Below, in pieces: positions 11,150 through 24,858 of a stretch of DNA of 64,000 nt. Source of the stretch: Octopus vulgaris (lineage: Eukaryota). The notes under the pieces are model-generated. The model was not told the DNA's origin, searched no databases, and was given only the letters and a program-made list of their open reading frames with translations. The position numbers and the translations under genes are program-made. Every line of letters begins with the position of its first letter. Positions within the stretch are counted from its first letter, which is position 1. The stretch spans positions 4,712,001 through 4,776,000 of the forward strand of contig OX597818.1 in the NCBI GenBank assembly GCA_951406725.2, given 5' to 3'.

Positions 11150-12560
11150 AGGCTCGATAATGATATGAGTAAGGAGTCCAATGTGGGTCATATATTAGCA
11201 TGCATATATATAGAAATTGACAGAATGAGATAGAAAAACCAAGACAGTAAATTGATTTCATAACATTTATCAAAAAAAGATCTTACAGTTGTTTCCAGGA
11301 TATTTTATATATCCCTTCATCAGAGATGGTGCGAGAAAATGTTTGAGTATTAATTATTGTAGAGAACTTTTTTCCCCACTTATATACACCATTCTACTTG
11401 AATAATGGAACTGCCAATGCAATATTCTTATGTATCTGTTTTTTTTAATCAAATTCTATCAATTTATATACATATATATAAGTGGATAGGGAATGCTAGT
11501 AATTTTAAAATATCACTAGGAAATTTCACATCATAGGATGAACGAAGAAGAGAAGGAAGAGAGAAAGATGACAGAAAGAGAATTAAAGGAGAAATGGAGG
11601 TATAAGCAAATAGAAAGTGAATGATAAATCGATAGAAAAGATGAAGGAAAGAATAGGAGATATAGGATGAAAGAATAAAGATTAAGTTGCAGATAATATT
11701 AGGCAAGGGGGCAGATATTTGAATTAGCTAAAAGATTGTTTTTTCCTATGTAAACACCTGTAAACATGTTTTTTATAGGTGTTGACCAGTGTGTATTTGG
11801 AAAAATGGATAAATAATTGTTTGTCCATATAAAGGCAGAAGGATTTCCCTTTATCATAGGGAAATGATCTTGATAAAATTTCCAATCCAAAGAAAATTGT
11901 TTATTACAGTCTCTAAGTTGCCAAATTAGTTTACTAAGACCTGCAGAATTACGTTTATGAATATATTTAAATGTAAAAATGTGGTTAGTAAGTCATATTT
12001 TTAATTCCGTGGATGACAGCCCAATATAAAAAAAATTCTTTAGATCCTGCAGAAATTTTACATTGATAAACAATGTTTTTAATTCTGCAATTTCTATTAA
12101 GAATGCAAGTGTTATTCGGACCACAATTACAAGGACTATTACTATTGATATTATTTATTTAAGGAGAGATTATTGTTATTAGAGTTATTAAGTGAAACCC
12201 TTTTACTGTTAAGAATATAGTTGTTATGTGAGGATATTATCTGTAAGAGATTACTGGTGTTGAAGAAACCAATTTGGATATGGTGGATGTTGAAAATGGA
12301 GTGGTACCTGGAATTTTTGGGAAAGTTCCTTTCAATGGCTTGATGAAATAGGTAGGGAAGGTTACTTTTAACATTTTTGCCTTATGGAATAATAAGCCAA
12401 ATAGTTTTACTAGGGTCATGTGATTCATAGAGAGATTTATCATTAAAAAACTTGACGATCTTTTTATTTTAGGCAATAATCCAGATAATAACCCCTTATA
12501 TTGAAATAGTCAAAATCCTAATTTTGGAAAACTTAAAAATAAACAGTCTAAGTTAACAAT
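11150..12560 (-). mobile_element. Penelope-like element 3' fragment, tail-to-tail with the previous PLE
   Basis: Minus strand gives IWLIIP..KNVKSNFPYLFHQAIERNFPKNSRYHSIFN, FYIGLSSTE and SAGLSKLIWQLR, with a hammerhead at 11281. Confidence 0.75.
11281..11326 (-). ncRNA. Minimal hammerhead ribozyme with intact core
   Basis: tct-CTGATGA-agggatat-ataaa-atatcctg-GAAA-caact-GTA-aga. Confidence 0.75.
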
Positions 12561-12636
12561 ACGTCCCCACTCTTTCTGTAAAATAATGAATCACAAACCA
12601 TAACACAGAGATCTGCACTAAGAATTCGCAGTTCTT

Positions 12637-12900
12637 CATTATCATCATCATCATCAATTAACATCCGTTTTCCATGCTAGCATGGGCTAGATGGTTTGAC
12701 TGAAAACTGGTAAGCTGCACTAGGTTTCAGTCTGATTTGGCATGGATGCTCTTCCTAATGCCAACCACTCCAAGAGTGTAGTAAGTGCTTTTTACGAGCC
12801 AGTTACGAAACAACAGCATCAGCCACAACTACAATCTCTCTTGGCTTGACAGGTCTTCTCAAGCATGGTATATTGTCAATGGTCTCAGTCACTTGTCACT
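12637..12900 (-). mobile_element. Old RTE-type 3' UTR fragment with (GAT)n tail
   Basis: Reverse-complement similarity to 1830-1997. Confidence 0.7.
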
Positions 12901-13316
12901 ACATTGAGAAGAATGTGGTGTTTTTTTCCATTAGATCAAAATTGCTTTATTTTTACTATAAGGCGAAATAATGTGAGACATGACAAAATGCTGTGGTTTT
13001 ACAAAACAGACGAGAAACATTTGGGTGATAAAGAAGGTTAAAATCGAAAAGAAGTTGGGTACTTTGCAGTATTAACACAAAGATGTTGGAAACATGTTGA
13101 TGATACTGGGATCAGAGAAAATTCATTGATGCAGATTTTCTACAGTTGGATGCCTTTCCAATTGCCAACCCTGCCTCTTTTCAAGCAAAGTAATATTTCC
13201 CCATGATTGCACCTGTTTTTACAGAAGTTGGGAAATGAAGCTAATTGTTTGTATGATGGTGTCACTCTACAACTATTGTGAGATGTCAAGACACAAAAAG
13301 GGACACAATACATATC

Positions 13317-13352
<36 letters not shown>

Positions 13353-13373
13353 CAGAGAGGAGGGAGAGAAAAA

Positions 13374-13404
<31 letters not shown>

Positions 13405-13405
<1 letters not shown>

Positions 13406-14170
13406 CACACAGGGTATTGCCATCCCAAAATCAAAGTATTTTAAATCAAAAAATATCAACTAGATCATGACTGGGAGATAAAAGTTTGCTAAAAGTACCA
13501 CATTCAACTTCTACAATGATCTTAAGACAGGTCCAGAGCTTAGGGTATGCATTCCTTATTGTATCCCTGGGAAGATCTTGAAACACCTTGATCTTGGCGA
13601 CCAGTTCGGCCTTGGGGTGGCAAGCAGAATGGTTGGTGTCTTTCTCAATCATACCCCACACATAGTAATCCATGAGATTACAATCAGGGGATCAGAAAAC
13701 CAGAAATTGGGGCTGGTGAAGTTGTAGAAATTCTAATGACTTCTGGCTCTTTCTGGAAGTATGGCAAGGAGCCAAATTCTGCTGCCACCCATATGGCCTT
13801 CCAGCAGCAATCATCTTTGGCTAGAGATTTACCAATCTCCAGCAATTTCACAAAGCTGTTTGAATTAGATCTAAGGCTCTGGTTGAAAATGTGGGGATAA
13901 ATTCTGGAATGTGGATGCAGTCAGAATGCCTGCTGATCAAGATTTTGTAGTCTCCATTACAACTGTCTATGTCATGTCTTACAGTCTTTACTGCGTTCAC
14001 AAAGAATTGAATGGCAGTGATGATGCCAGCATTTTGAAACCTGATGCATATCATGATACAGATAACTCTTTTCCAATATTCAGATGCTTTCCAGTCCTCC
14101 ATGCTAGCTAACTGTTTCTTAACTACAACTTTAATCTTCAATCTCTCCAATGCTGTTGACTGTTCAACAA
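13405..14170 (-). mobile_element. Internally deleted Tc1/mariner element (maT/DD37D-like)
   Basis: C-terminal PDCNLMDYYVWGMIEKDTN and N-terminal MEDWKASEYWKR..., with a cagggt terminus near 13410. Confidence 0.65.
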
Positions 14171-14224
14171 TGCACACACATATATATATGTATGTATGTA
14201 TATTAACACCAGCATCAAAATGAA

Positions 14225-14560
14225 AATTGTAGTTAAGATACCTGTGCTGGTGACACGTTAAAAGCACCATCCGAACGTGGCAGTTGCTAGCGTTGCCTGA
14301 CTGGCGTCTGTGTTGGTGATACGTAAAAGCACCAACCGATCGTGGCTGTTTGCCTACCTCATCTGGTCCCTGTGCTGGTGGCATGTAAAAAGCACCCACT
14401 ACACTCAAGGAGTGGTTGGCGTTAGGAAGGGCATGCAGCTGTAGAAACACTGCCAGATCAGACTGGAGGCTGGTGCAGCCTCCTGGCTTCCCAGACCCTG
14501 GTCGAACCGTCCAACCCATGCTTGCATGGAAAACGGACGTTAAATGATGATGATGATGAT
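14225..14560 (+). mobile_element. RTE-type 3' UTR copy with 3 tandem units and (GAT)n tail
   Basis: High similarity to 1548-1997. Confidence 0.8.
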
Positions 14561-14575
14561 ATATATATATACAAG

Positions 14576-15853
14576 CCGGGTAGCCCAAAAGTCACCAGAC
14601 CATTTAAAAATATAACAATCCTTTTATTTTAGTAAATATTCACATTCATTCTTTTATAAATAATAAATACACTTCTTGAAAAACATTTTTAAGTCTTGAA
14701 AATAACATCCTTATAAATGGTCCCTATTTTGTTCTTGACAATGGCAGGCCTTTTCTAAAAGGTTCCATCACCATTCATAATCTTTCTTAGCTTATTCCTT
14801 TAATTTCTTCACAGATGTTGGCCTTAAATTGCTGGATGATCCAAGCTTTGTTATGGTATACTCTGTCTTTCAGATAACCGCATAAGAAAAAATCTGGAGC
14901 TATTAAATCAGGTGATTGTGAAGGCCAATTGAATACAGAATCTCTCAAAATTATCCTCCTTCCAAAAACTTGTCTAAAGAGCTCCATCGTTGGAGAGTCT
15001 GTATGGGTAATCTTGCTTCTACCATACCTTTGTTATGTTCTCAACAACAGGATCAAAAATGTTCCATTATGCTCCGATACATTTCTCCTGTGACAGCTAG
15101 TGTGCTTTCTGCTTCACATCCAAAGATGTAAGGACCAAGAACTTTTTCTGCACTGACCCTGCATCAAACTATTACTTTTACAGAATGCAGCTTACATTGG
15201 TGGATATTCTTGGGTTTTGTGTCCCACAAAATCAGATATTTTGTTTATTGGCAAAGCCATTTAGATGAAAGTGGGCCTTGTCACCCATAAGAAGGTTGTG
15301 AATGAAATCACCTCCTTGTTTTGCCAATTTTTGCATCTGGGCAGCACACATTTACCATACACAAATTTCTGCTAGCTTCAGTTCCTGCATTAACTGCACT
15401 TTATACAGGAATAAATTCAGCATCCTTTGAATCCACTGCAGTAAGCTTTGAGATGTGCCCAGCAAATGGGATCGTCTTTGAGTTGATGTTGAAAGTCCTT
15501 CATCAATGTTTTGCTGTACACACTGAATGTTGTCCTGAGACTTCCATGAACATGGCGTTTCTCGTGTGGTCAATCAATTACAGCTTCCTGTTGTTCAAAC
15601 TGACTGAATAAATTGAGTACTGCTTTTTATATTGTGGTTGTCCGACCCCAAAATGATGAATGTAAGCTCTTTCAGTTAGCTCAGTTTATTGTTGAGTTTG
15701 TAGATGAAATTTGATTATTTTTACTCACTCTGTTGTGAATTTCTCTATGATTATTTTCTAAGAATTACATGTCAATAATCTGAAACAAAATAATTGAAAA
15801 AATTAATTGTAAAAAAGTTATATTTTAAAATAGTCTAGTGACTGGGCCACCTG
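14576..15853 (-). mobile_element. Degenerate Tc1/mariner element (rosa/DD41D-like)
   Basis: Imperfect TIRs are gggtagccca..gtcaccagaccatttaaaaatataac and gttatattttaaaatagtctagtgactgggccacc. The peptide WPSQSPDLIAPDFFLCGYLKDRVY is present, and there is a TA at 15854. Confidence 0.75.
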
Positions 15854-16334
15854 TAAATATGTGTGTGTGTGTGTATATATATATATGCCTGCATGGAAAG
15901 CGGACATTAAACAACGATGATAAGATGATGATGATGATTATATATATATATATATATATATAATTATTACCTATGAGGTTTTTATTTTCATGCTAGCCAC
16001 TTAATATGATCGGTATTTTAAATAACGATCTTATCCTTATATATATATATATATATATACACGTGTTATAGATATATACACTTGTTTTATATATACATTT
16101 ATATATATTATTATATGTCTATATATGTTATATATATATACGGTATATATATATACATATATATATACGTTATATACATGTGTGTTATATACATACATAT
16201 AATTATATATATATATATATATACACTAGCGTAGCTTGTGGGTGTGGTGATTTTAAAGAGACGGCACTTTGGGGTCTGTAGTAGGCAATGTTTTGTGGGA
16301 TCAGGGCGGCAAACCGGAGAGCCTTCCCGGGCGG

Positions 16335-16535
16335 CATAGGTATCTACGTTAGTGCACACACGTCTATATGTTTGCATGTGTGTATGCATGTATATTCTAC
16401 GGGATTCCGTTAACCATATCTCATAAGGCTTTGGTCGGCCAGGAGTCATAGTAGAAGACACTTGCCCAAGGTGCTACGCGGTGAGATCGAACCCGAAAAC
16501 GTCTTTAGGAAAAGAACTTCTTAACCCTATCAATG
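16335..16535 (-). mobile_element. tRNA-derived CORE-like SINE fragment
   Basis: Similar to 47590-47736 ('aaggctttggtcg..tagtagaagacacttgcccaaggtg..gaacccg'). Confidence 0.7.
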
Positions 16536-16539
16536 CTTG

Positions 16540-17800
16540 CACAGTAAACAAATTCGCGTTTATAATAAAGAAATGAAGCACGATCATTATGTTACCTTAT
16601 AAAACAAGTATTATGAAACATTAAAAAGAAAGAGACACGATGGTGGTAGATGCAGAAGACTGATTAAAGGCGAAAGGCTCAGCCTCTCACCAGACTTGAA
16701 AGGGAACGGAAGTTACAGTCGTTTCGTATAAATCATTAAATTCTAGTTCGCACTAAATGTAATTATGACAACGACTACTATGGCAAGGAGATGACGGTAA
16801 TAACAAAGAAGGTAATTTAGTTACAGCGGATAATGTTCTGAGGAATTAAATACACAAATCAACCTTTCTTATTTGAAGTCGTTTTAACTCCAAATCTAAA
16901 TGCAACGAACACACAATTACTATCCATTGTATTTTCACTCTTTCGATTATGATTATTTTATAATTACCTTTTACTTTTTGCCTCGGCCAGCTTTCCCGCG
17001 GAGATTGTAATTTCTATATTTTCTTTCCAATGGTTCTGTCTGTTCGTCCTTCCCTCGGATTTTTTTTCCTATTATTTTCCTTTCACTCTTTAGCACAATG
17101 TCTTATGCATATATATTATTTTTTCTGTATGGGTAAGAGTTGGATTTGATGTTTATTTTTTCCCACTTACTACGTTCTCGCTCATTAATTAAAGTATTTT
17201 TCTCATTTATAATTCAGCGTATATGCATATTTTAATATATAAATATATATGAATGTGCGCGTGTTAACAATTTCACTAAACTCTAATAATATATTTCAGC
17301 TCTATTCTCTTTTCACCCTCTCTCTCTCCCTCTCTCTCTCACTCGCTCCTCCCTCTCGTGTATATCTTATGAATTCCTTTTTTTATTCCTCGCCTCATCT
17401 ATTTACCTTTCTTTCATTCTACAGGGAAAGAGATTAATGATAACGACAAAAGAAAAAAAAAAAAGAATTGTCTTGAAATAAGCGTACAGTGTTTGTGTTT
17501 AATATTTACATATATCTTGTAAACATTGTTCTTCCATCCACTTTTACTCACACTTCTTCTCTTCCGGCTGCTCGCAATTATCAACGTTCAGGCAGGCAGT
17601 GGCAGTCAATTCATCCAACCTAACAGAAACGCTAGGCGTCGATTCTTTCTTTATCTGCTTTTTCACAGTCCCAGTCGACCGACCTCATATCATCACTGAT
17701 GATGTGACAATGAAAATATCTGGCTGAAAACTTGCAACCGTTAAAGATCGTTTCCTCTCATTAACTAATCATATGTTATGGTGATGCATGGTAAATGCTT
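16540..17800. promoter_or_regulatory. CpG-retaining unique region; candidate (bidirectional) promoter and first exons
   Basis: Non-repetitive and relatively CpG-rich. ETS-like CGGAAG/CTTCCG motifs lie at ~16707 and ~17561. Minus-strand donors aagGTAACA (~16594) and aagGTAATT (~16967) and a plus-strand donor atgGTAAAT (~17791) are present. Confidence 0.4.
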
Positions 17801-18065
17801 TACAAGAATAACGAGCCAACGAATTTTGCCTACTGTTGTTTAGCCGAAGTTAATAAACAGCAATAAACGAGTATATTACACGAGACAATAAAGACCTGCT
17901 AGAAATAGTAACCAAATCGCCCTCCAATCACACAAATGTGTTTAAAAAAGAACACATAATGTAGTTCTGTTCTTTTCTGTTAATTATATAAGATTGCTAT
18001 TTGTACTTATTCAATAAACGTCACGGTCTCTAATTCGTTGCAAATGTAAAATCTTGACTGACAAC

Positions 18066-18462
18066 ATCATCATCATCATCATCGTTTAACATCCGCTTTC
18101 CATGCTAGCATGGGTTGGACGATTTTAACTGAGGGCTAGCGGACCTGATGGCTGCACCAGGCTCCAATCTTGATCTGGCAGAGTTTTTATAGCTGGATGC
18201 CCTTCCTAACGCCAACCACTCCGAGAGTGTAGTGGGTGCTTTTTACGTGCCACTGGCACGGGGGCCAGTCAGGTGGTACTGGCAACGACCTCGCTTGAAT
18301 CTTTTTACACATGCCACCGGCACAGGTGCCAGTTAGGCGACGCTGGTAACGATTACACTCGAATGGTGCCTTTTACATGCCACAGGCACGGAAGCCAGTT
18401 AGCCATTCTGGCAACGATCACGCTCAGATGGTGCTCTTGGTACCCTACTAGCACGGGCACAT
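18066..18462 (-). mobile_element. RTE-type 3' UTR copy with tandem units
   Basis: Reverse complement of the 1548-1997 family, with (CAT)n at its left end. Confidence 0.8.
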
Positions 18463-19519
18463 ATAAATGTATACCTCTTCTGTCGAAAACTCCTTATTTC
18501 AGGGAAGTAAACTGGAGTAGCAGTTTAAGGTTTGCAGTATATTGGTTTATGGTAAACTTATGGTTTGCAGTATATTATGAATGGAAAACATTCAATGGCA
18601 ACATGAGGAAGCATTTGGGAATATGTATAGGAAAACAATATCAGTTATCAAAAATTATGAAAATATTGATACACTCTGCAAAAAAGAAACTACTGGGAAG
18701 CGTAGACTCAGGTGAAATTCCTCTCTTCCATTTATTGTATATACGTGCATTTGAACGTAGCAGGGAACAACTAGCCTTTGGCCACTATTTGGATCCTGTT
18801 GTGTCCACTACTCTGGTTGGTATTGGCGCAATCTGTCTCTCACTTGATTACACCAGCTAGCCGTGTATAACCAATCGGAGGCTCTAAAAAAGATTACGTG
18901 GGACAGCCTGTTCACTACCTTGTTTGAACCTATAGCTCCTTATAAAAACTCAACTTTTCCTCATTCTGAGGTCTTTGGTCCTACTGACCACAAAGACACA
19001 GGTTATTTCCAGTGACAACACCAAATGACACCACTACTACCACAGCAGCTACGTTGAGACTTAACAACTTCGTACAACAGCATTACAGCAACCTCCTTCG
19101 TCGCCACCATCAAATGTCGTCAACATCATCTCTCTATATACACAGCTCAACAAGCAATTCACCCAGGTTCCAACAGTTGACTGTTTGTGAATTATTTCAC
19201 TACGAATCAACAGTGAATATACAACCTGCATGAACTCCTGTATTAAGTGACTCAGGCAATAGCATCATAGCCACAACTTCACGTATGACATGTACCTGTA
19301 ACCGACTCAGCATCATGGCTGTGACTTCTTGATACAGTATTTCAACTATCGTGTATGACTGACTACAAACTGGTATTATCTTTTTTGTGTTTATGAACTT
19401 CTCACTTCGATGGTTATAGACTCTTTCACTGTCTTCTTAGCGCCATCCTTAAATATACTTAACACACGCTCATACATCTATGCCTACACATACATACATT
19501 TTGTTCTTATGATGGCCTG

Positions 19520-20465
19520 TCTATTATTCTGTGTAATGTCAGTGTGCAGGTATGATAAAATGTGTTTAAGAGAAGAACTGGGTGTAAGAGACACCAAGAA
19601 AGAAAACTGTGCTGGTATGGTGATGTATGCCGATAGATGAGGGCAGCTGCATAAGAAGTGCCAATATATGAATGGAGAGGGTACTACTTGAAGAGGAAGC
19701 TCAAGGAAGTCGTAGGAAAAAGTGGTGAGGAATGATCTTCAGATGTTAAAACTCAGAGGAGATGACAAAGGACTTGAACAATTGGTGATTTACTGTGCTG
19801 GAGAAGATCCACACAGCTAAATAAAATTGAGGCCATAAAGGCATGTCCTTTATGTTCATGCTTCCACCTTCATACACAAACCTTCTTTGCAACTCATCTT
19901 CCCAACACTTCCTTCCCCCATCAATTGCTGCATTCCTCCCACTCTTCTTCATGTACCTACCAGCATAATATGTCTCTGTTGAATCTTTTCCCCACAACAC
20001 ATCCTCCCAATACTCTCTCCCTCTTATTACTTCAACTACAACTCTTCTTTAGCAATCTTGTGAATTCACCACTCACCCTCTCCAATCCCCAGCCTACTCA
20101 CTGTTAACACTATCTTCTTTCTCTCACCCTCCCCTCTCCCCTCTCTCTTGACCGGAGGCAGTTGTATTTCCTCTCTAATGCAAGACTCCTTTTTCTGTCA
20201 CTCAATACTACCTCTCCTCCTTCATTTGAGGGAGTCTTTTCTTATAAGTTACTTGGTGACCTCACTGCTGCTGGTGCCATGTAAAAAGCTGTGAGTGCCA
20301 GTATGCTCTGTAAAGTGGTTGGCATTAGGAAGAGCATCTAGTTGTAGAAATCATGCCAAAGCAGGAGCAGGGATTTGTACAGTTTTCTGACTTTCCAGTT
20401 CTTGTGGAACTATCCAATCCATGACAGGATGGAAAATGGATGTTTAATGATAATAGTGATAATAT
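19520..20465 (+). mobile_element. Older RTE 3' end (ORF end and 3' UTR)
   Basis: LREELGVR...WYGD..RMN-like remnants, 'gagatgacaaaggac..gtgctggagaagatcc' and the same terminal block with a (GAT)-like tail. Confidence 0.65.
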
Positions 20466-20899
20466 AAGATCCCTTACTTCCTCTTGGATGAATTCTGGGA
20501 GATCATCTGGGTATTTGTCCAATAATTTTAAATATACAAGATAGAGATTCTCTTCTCTCATGCTTTCAAGATGTTTCTGTCATGCTACAGAACATAGAAC
20601 AATACACTGTGCTTGAAACATCAAACAACATTGGTGTTCTAGTAATCACCGAATCAATAGCAATTAAGGTGTTTCACTTGAATTAGATTCAGGTTCAACA
20701 GAGCTATTGCAAAGATTTTCTTAGATGTTCTTCTCTGGGAGATGGAAATTCAATTTTCTTTTACTCAGCAGTCAGGTTCACTTCAAATAAAACTTGTGAC
20801 CATATTCTGTATAGATCTTTCAAGATTGTTCAAGGGTGACTCTAAATTTGACCCCCCCCCCCCGTCCTCATTCACTGGTAAAGCATTGCTTTAACCTGA

Positions 20900-21400
20900 G
20901 TGACCAGATCAAATGAAGTGCACTGAACAAATTAAGAATGATTTGGAAGTATACACTGCTTGACTACTTGAAAAAGGAATTTTTTGGAGCCATAGTAGAA
21001 TATGTTCTTTACAGTTCATCAGTAAGGACTCTGACAAAAAGATAGAAAGCAAGCTTAATGGGATCTATACACATATGTTGTATGCTATTCTCACAAATTA
21101 ATGGAAACCACATCCAGCAAAAGAAGAGCTTTATGAAAATGTCTCCAACATATCATCAATCATTTGAGAATGGAAGGTAAGATATGCTGGCCACTGGTAT
21201 TGAAGCAAAGCTGAATTGGCATGTGAGCTCCTTTTTTGGATTCTGAGCCAAGGGAATTCTCATATGGGATGACCCAGAATGGTATATATTAATCAACTCT
21301 CTCATGATGTCTAGTTATGAAGAGAAAACCTTTTGGTCCAGGTAACCTGTGTGAAATTATAAAGATGGATAGTTAGGTGGAGAGATAGACAGAAGTTTGT
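20900..21400 (+). mobile_element. RTE-type LINE C-terminal fragment
   Basis: SALNKLRMIWK..KKEFFGAIVEYVLY...KLNGIYTHML...RYAGH. Confidence 0.7.
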
Positions 21401-21447
21401 GTGAATAAATTTTAATATATATGTGTTTATGCATGTTTATATACATA

Positions 21448-22590
21448 TGAGGGGGTACCCAAAAGTAACCGGAAGCATTCTCTGTAGGGCAAGCCAGTTG
21501 CAGTTCAAACTTCCACTGCTAGAAGTCACTTGATGTGACTCTGATGCATCAGTTTGCTGACCAGCATTGTCAAATAAAGTTGTACTGCCACATGGTGCAT
21601 CATTGCTTTGCAGTGCTTCTCCCCTGTTTGTTGATTTTTGTGATGGCTGAAATGAAGGAACAGCATGCTTCTGTGAAATTCTGTTTTCTGCTGGAGAAAA
21701 TGGTAGCTGAAACACTTGTCATGCTTCAAACAGCTTACAAGGATGCTGCCATGAGCAAAGCACAAGTTTATGAGTGGTTTTCAGACTTTAGGAATGGTCA
21801 CTTTTTGTTTGAAGACCAACCTCCATTAACCATCGCCCTCCCAAATGAATGAAAACATCATGAACTGATCTTGGAAGAAGATCAAAAGCAGTCATGACTG
21901 AATGCATGTAGTGAACTGAAAGAACATTTGGAAGTTGATCCAGACCTTTTGTTGAAGGTCATCACTGCTGATGAAAGCTGGTGCTACAGCTATGACCTGG
22001 AAAGGAAACAGCAATCAAGTCAATGGAAGCATTCAATGTCACCATGACCTCCAAAAGTGCGTCGAGTGAAGTCCAGTGTGAAGACGATGCTGATTTATTT
22101 CATTGATGCAAATGGAATTGTCCATACAGATTTCATTCCTCCTGGTTGAAGCATTTGCGAGATGCAGTGAGATGAAAACATCTCGGTCTGTTGCAAAGAG
22201 GAGAGTGGTGGTTTCATCATGACAGTGTGCCTGCACACACTACCTTGAGTGTGAGACAGTTTTTGACCCAAAATGGCACAGCCTCACTTACCACCCTCCC
22301 TATTCACCAAATTTCGCTCCCTGCAACTTGTTTTTCATTCCTCTGAATGAAAAAAGTCCTAAAACGAAAACGTTTTGCAGATGTGGAAGAGGTGAAGAAA
22401 AAACGACGGAAGCTTTAGAAGGCATCATTTTGCAAGAGCTCCAGGATGAATTTAAACAGTGGTAAATGCATCTGGACTGATGCATTGCTTCAAATAGAGA
22501 ATACTTTGAAGGTAATAAAAGTGTAAACATGTAAAAGTAAGTGAATAAAATAATATCGCATAATTATGCTTTCTGTTAGGTACTCCCTCA
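21448..22590 (+). mobile_element. Mariner (DD34D) element, inactivated
   Basis: TA-flanked imperfect TIRs tgagggggtaccca / taggtactccctca. Peptides include EQHASVKFCFLL..AETLVMLQTAYKDAAMSKAQVYEWF, ITADESWCYSYD, HHDSVPAH and HPPYSPNFAP. Confidence 0.9.
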
Positions 22591-24858
22591 TACTTTCCAT
22601 CCCACCTAAAACAGCAGTTACACTCACTGTTGCATCTCATTTCTGGATGATCTAATTTTTGCTGAAGGATGACATGTATATAATTAAGTCACTAACTTTG
22701 TTAAAGACTTTTAGTGTGAGTTTCAGAGACAGAAGTGTTTTAATGCAAGTCATTATAGCAGAGATTATATTTAAATCTGCATCAGCTTAGTCATGAAAAA
22801 TAGACCACAGAATATCAGGTGAAATGTCCTGGAGTTTGATCATTAGTATTTCAGCTGCAATCATACAATTGATGACATTTTCCAAGGTTTCCTATCAAAA
22901 TTTATAGCCATGCTACAGATTAAAGTTAATGCCAAGCTGTTGTGGGCGGAGGGACAAGACAAAAGATTGAGATGTCCTGGAGCAGACAGGCAAACAGGAT
23001 TCTTAGTTAGCTGTTCGACCTTAGGTTAAAAAGCATTACTTTATCTACATTGAGTACAATATTCTCACTTCTCCAAGCACTGACACAGGGCATTCTCAAT
23101 TCTCACCTTCTGCCACACATGAAGATGTAGCTGTCTGATTCTTGGCCAACATATATACATAATTTACTATTGATGATCAAAGCTATACAGCCCCTGGCAA
23201 ATAACTATTATAATCATTGTAATGGTTATCTATAAATAAATGGTTTCCTTGAAATCTTCAAGTGGACTTGGCAGCCAAAATCAGCCTAACCAATTATTCG
23301 ACATCCATTTAATCAAACCTCTACATCATATTCCAACATGATACTAGCAGATAATTTCATGCTTGCCAGTCTGTCAGTTCAGCAAGTATCTGATAAAGTG
23401 TTGATGGATTCATTCATATGCTCCTGTTGAAGAATAGGCTAATGCTGGGGTTTGGAAAAAAAAACAAAATGTAAACTGTTTGCACTTACTCAAAAACAGT
23501 AACTGACTCTGCAACATGACAGAATCTATTCCATGGAAGTTTAGAGAATGACTGGCACATGGAGAACAACTGCACATTTGATTGGGTACTATTGTATTTG
23601 AAAGACATGTTGGCAGCATCATTATTATTAAGTTAGCAACAATCTTTAATAGTTGTCCCAAAATGTTTGTGAATCTCCATTATTAAGTTTTCTACTTCAG
23701 CATTTGTCTTATAAAAATCAACAAAAATTAAAGAACATTATTGAACAGCAAATTCATGTTCATCTTTGGCTAAATAATAGATGGTGAACATTATCACCTC
23801 CACATGGTTAGAATTATGCATTGCATTAACATTAACTGGATAACATTTTGCAGTACTTATTTCATCTAAAATGTAATTCCTAACATAATCTGTTTAGTTA
23901 TGGAGGAATTCAATTTGAGATGATCCTGAGAGATCATGAACCTCACATTCTTGAAAGATGTCCAGCTAAAATGGGATTGTAATGGGCCAGTAGTTACATG
24001 ATACCCAATCATGTCAAATTTTCTTTTAAGTATATTTCACCATTTCTCATTTTTACTTATGATTACTTAGTAAGACATCACATCAATCTTAGTATCACTT
24101 TCTACACTCTTCTGCAATTTATGCTGTGCTAGTTGAAAGTTCTTATGTACTCTACTGTTTCTATCATAAACCTTTCTCCTTTCCTGTGTTTTTACCCCAG
24201 CTTTCTGTGGATACCATGATTGAATGTGGCAAGCAATACAAGAATGCCTTCCAGAATTGAATACAAGCCAAAATAATAGCTTTCACTTTTGCTATTTGGT
24301 TGTTCTAGTAAAAGCAATAAGGAAAGTATCAATTCCTCTATTTTAGGAGGTGTTTGGGAAAAATATCTCATAAAAATCTCCAAATCTTACAAACCCACTT
24401 ACTATTGAATGTTGGACAAAAAAAAGCCCTGAACCATTGACGTTTCACTTATCCTGTTCATAGTTTCCAACTACATGTGAGGATGCATTGTTAATGTTCA
24501 TGTAATAGGTAATTATGTATTTTCATTTTAAAATGCACAAAACATTGGCCATGATACTACACAAAAAGTAAAACAAGTTATGCAAAATACTAATTCTTGG
24601 GGCTTAACTGGGTTTGGGGATTTGTGTTGTTGGTGTTAATCTTGATTTTTATTATATATAAATAATTATATCGATTTAATATTTTATCATTAAAAAATTA
24701 TAAATTTAACAGGATAAAAGAATGTTCAAAAGTCTTCCAATTCTACTATGAAAATGTGAAAGCAAAAATATACTTTTAAAACATCTATAAATAAGTATTA
24801 TTAGCATTTATTAATTTATTCCTTATCATTTCTGTTGTATATTATGAAAATAAATATA

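Larger units (their letters stand above)
20470..24450 (-). mobile_element. Highly degenerate hAT (Tip100/ZMYM1-like) transposase relic, split by nested RTE and mariner insertions
   Basis: Minus-strand fragments include ILDEISTAKCY..VNAMHNSNHVE (DDE motif I-like, ~23790-23870), DAANMSFKYNSTQ...CASHSLN (~23535-23622) and a C-terminal-like LLDKYPDDLPEFIQEEV (~20475-20530). Confidence 0.55.

Noticed and set aside
13848-14588. 246-aa minus-strand ORF
   Set aside because: It is a chance fusion of antisense RTE UTR, microsatellite and a transposase N-terminus.
18273-18860. 195-aa plus-strand ORF
   Set aside because: It starts inside an antisense RTE UTR repeat and has no recognisable domain.
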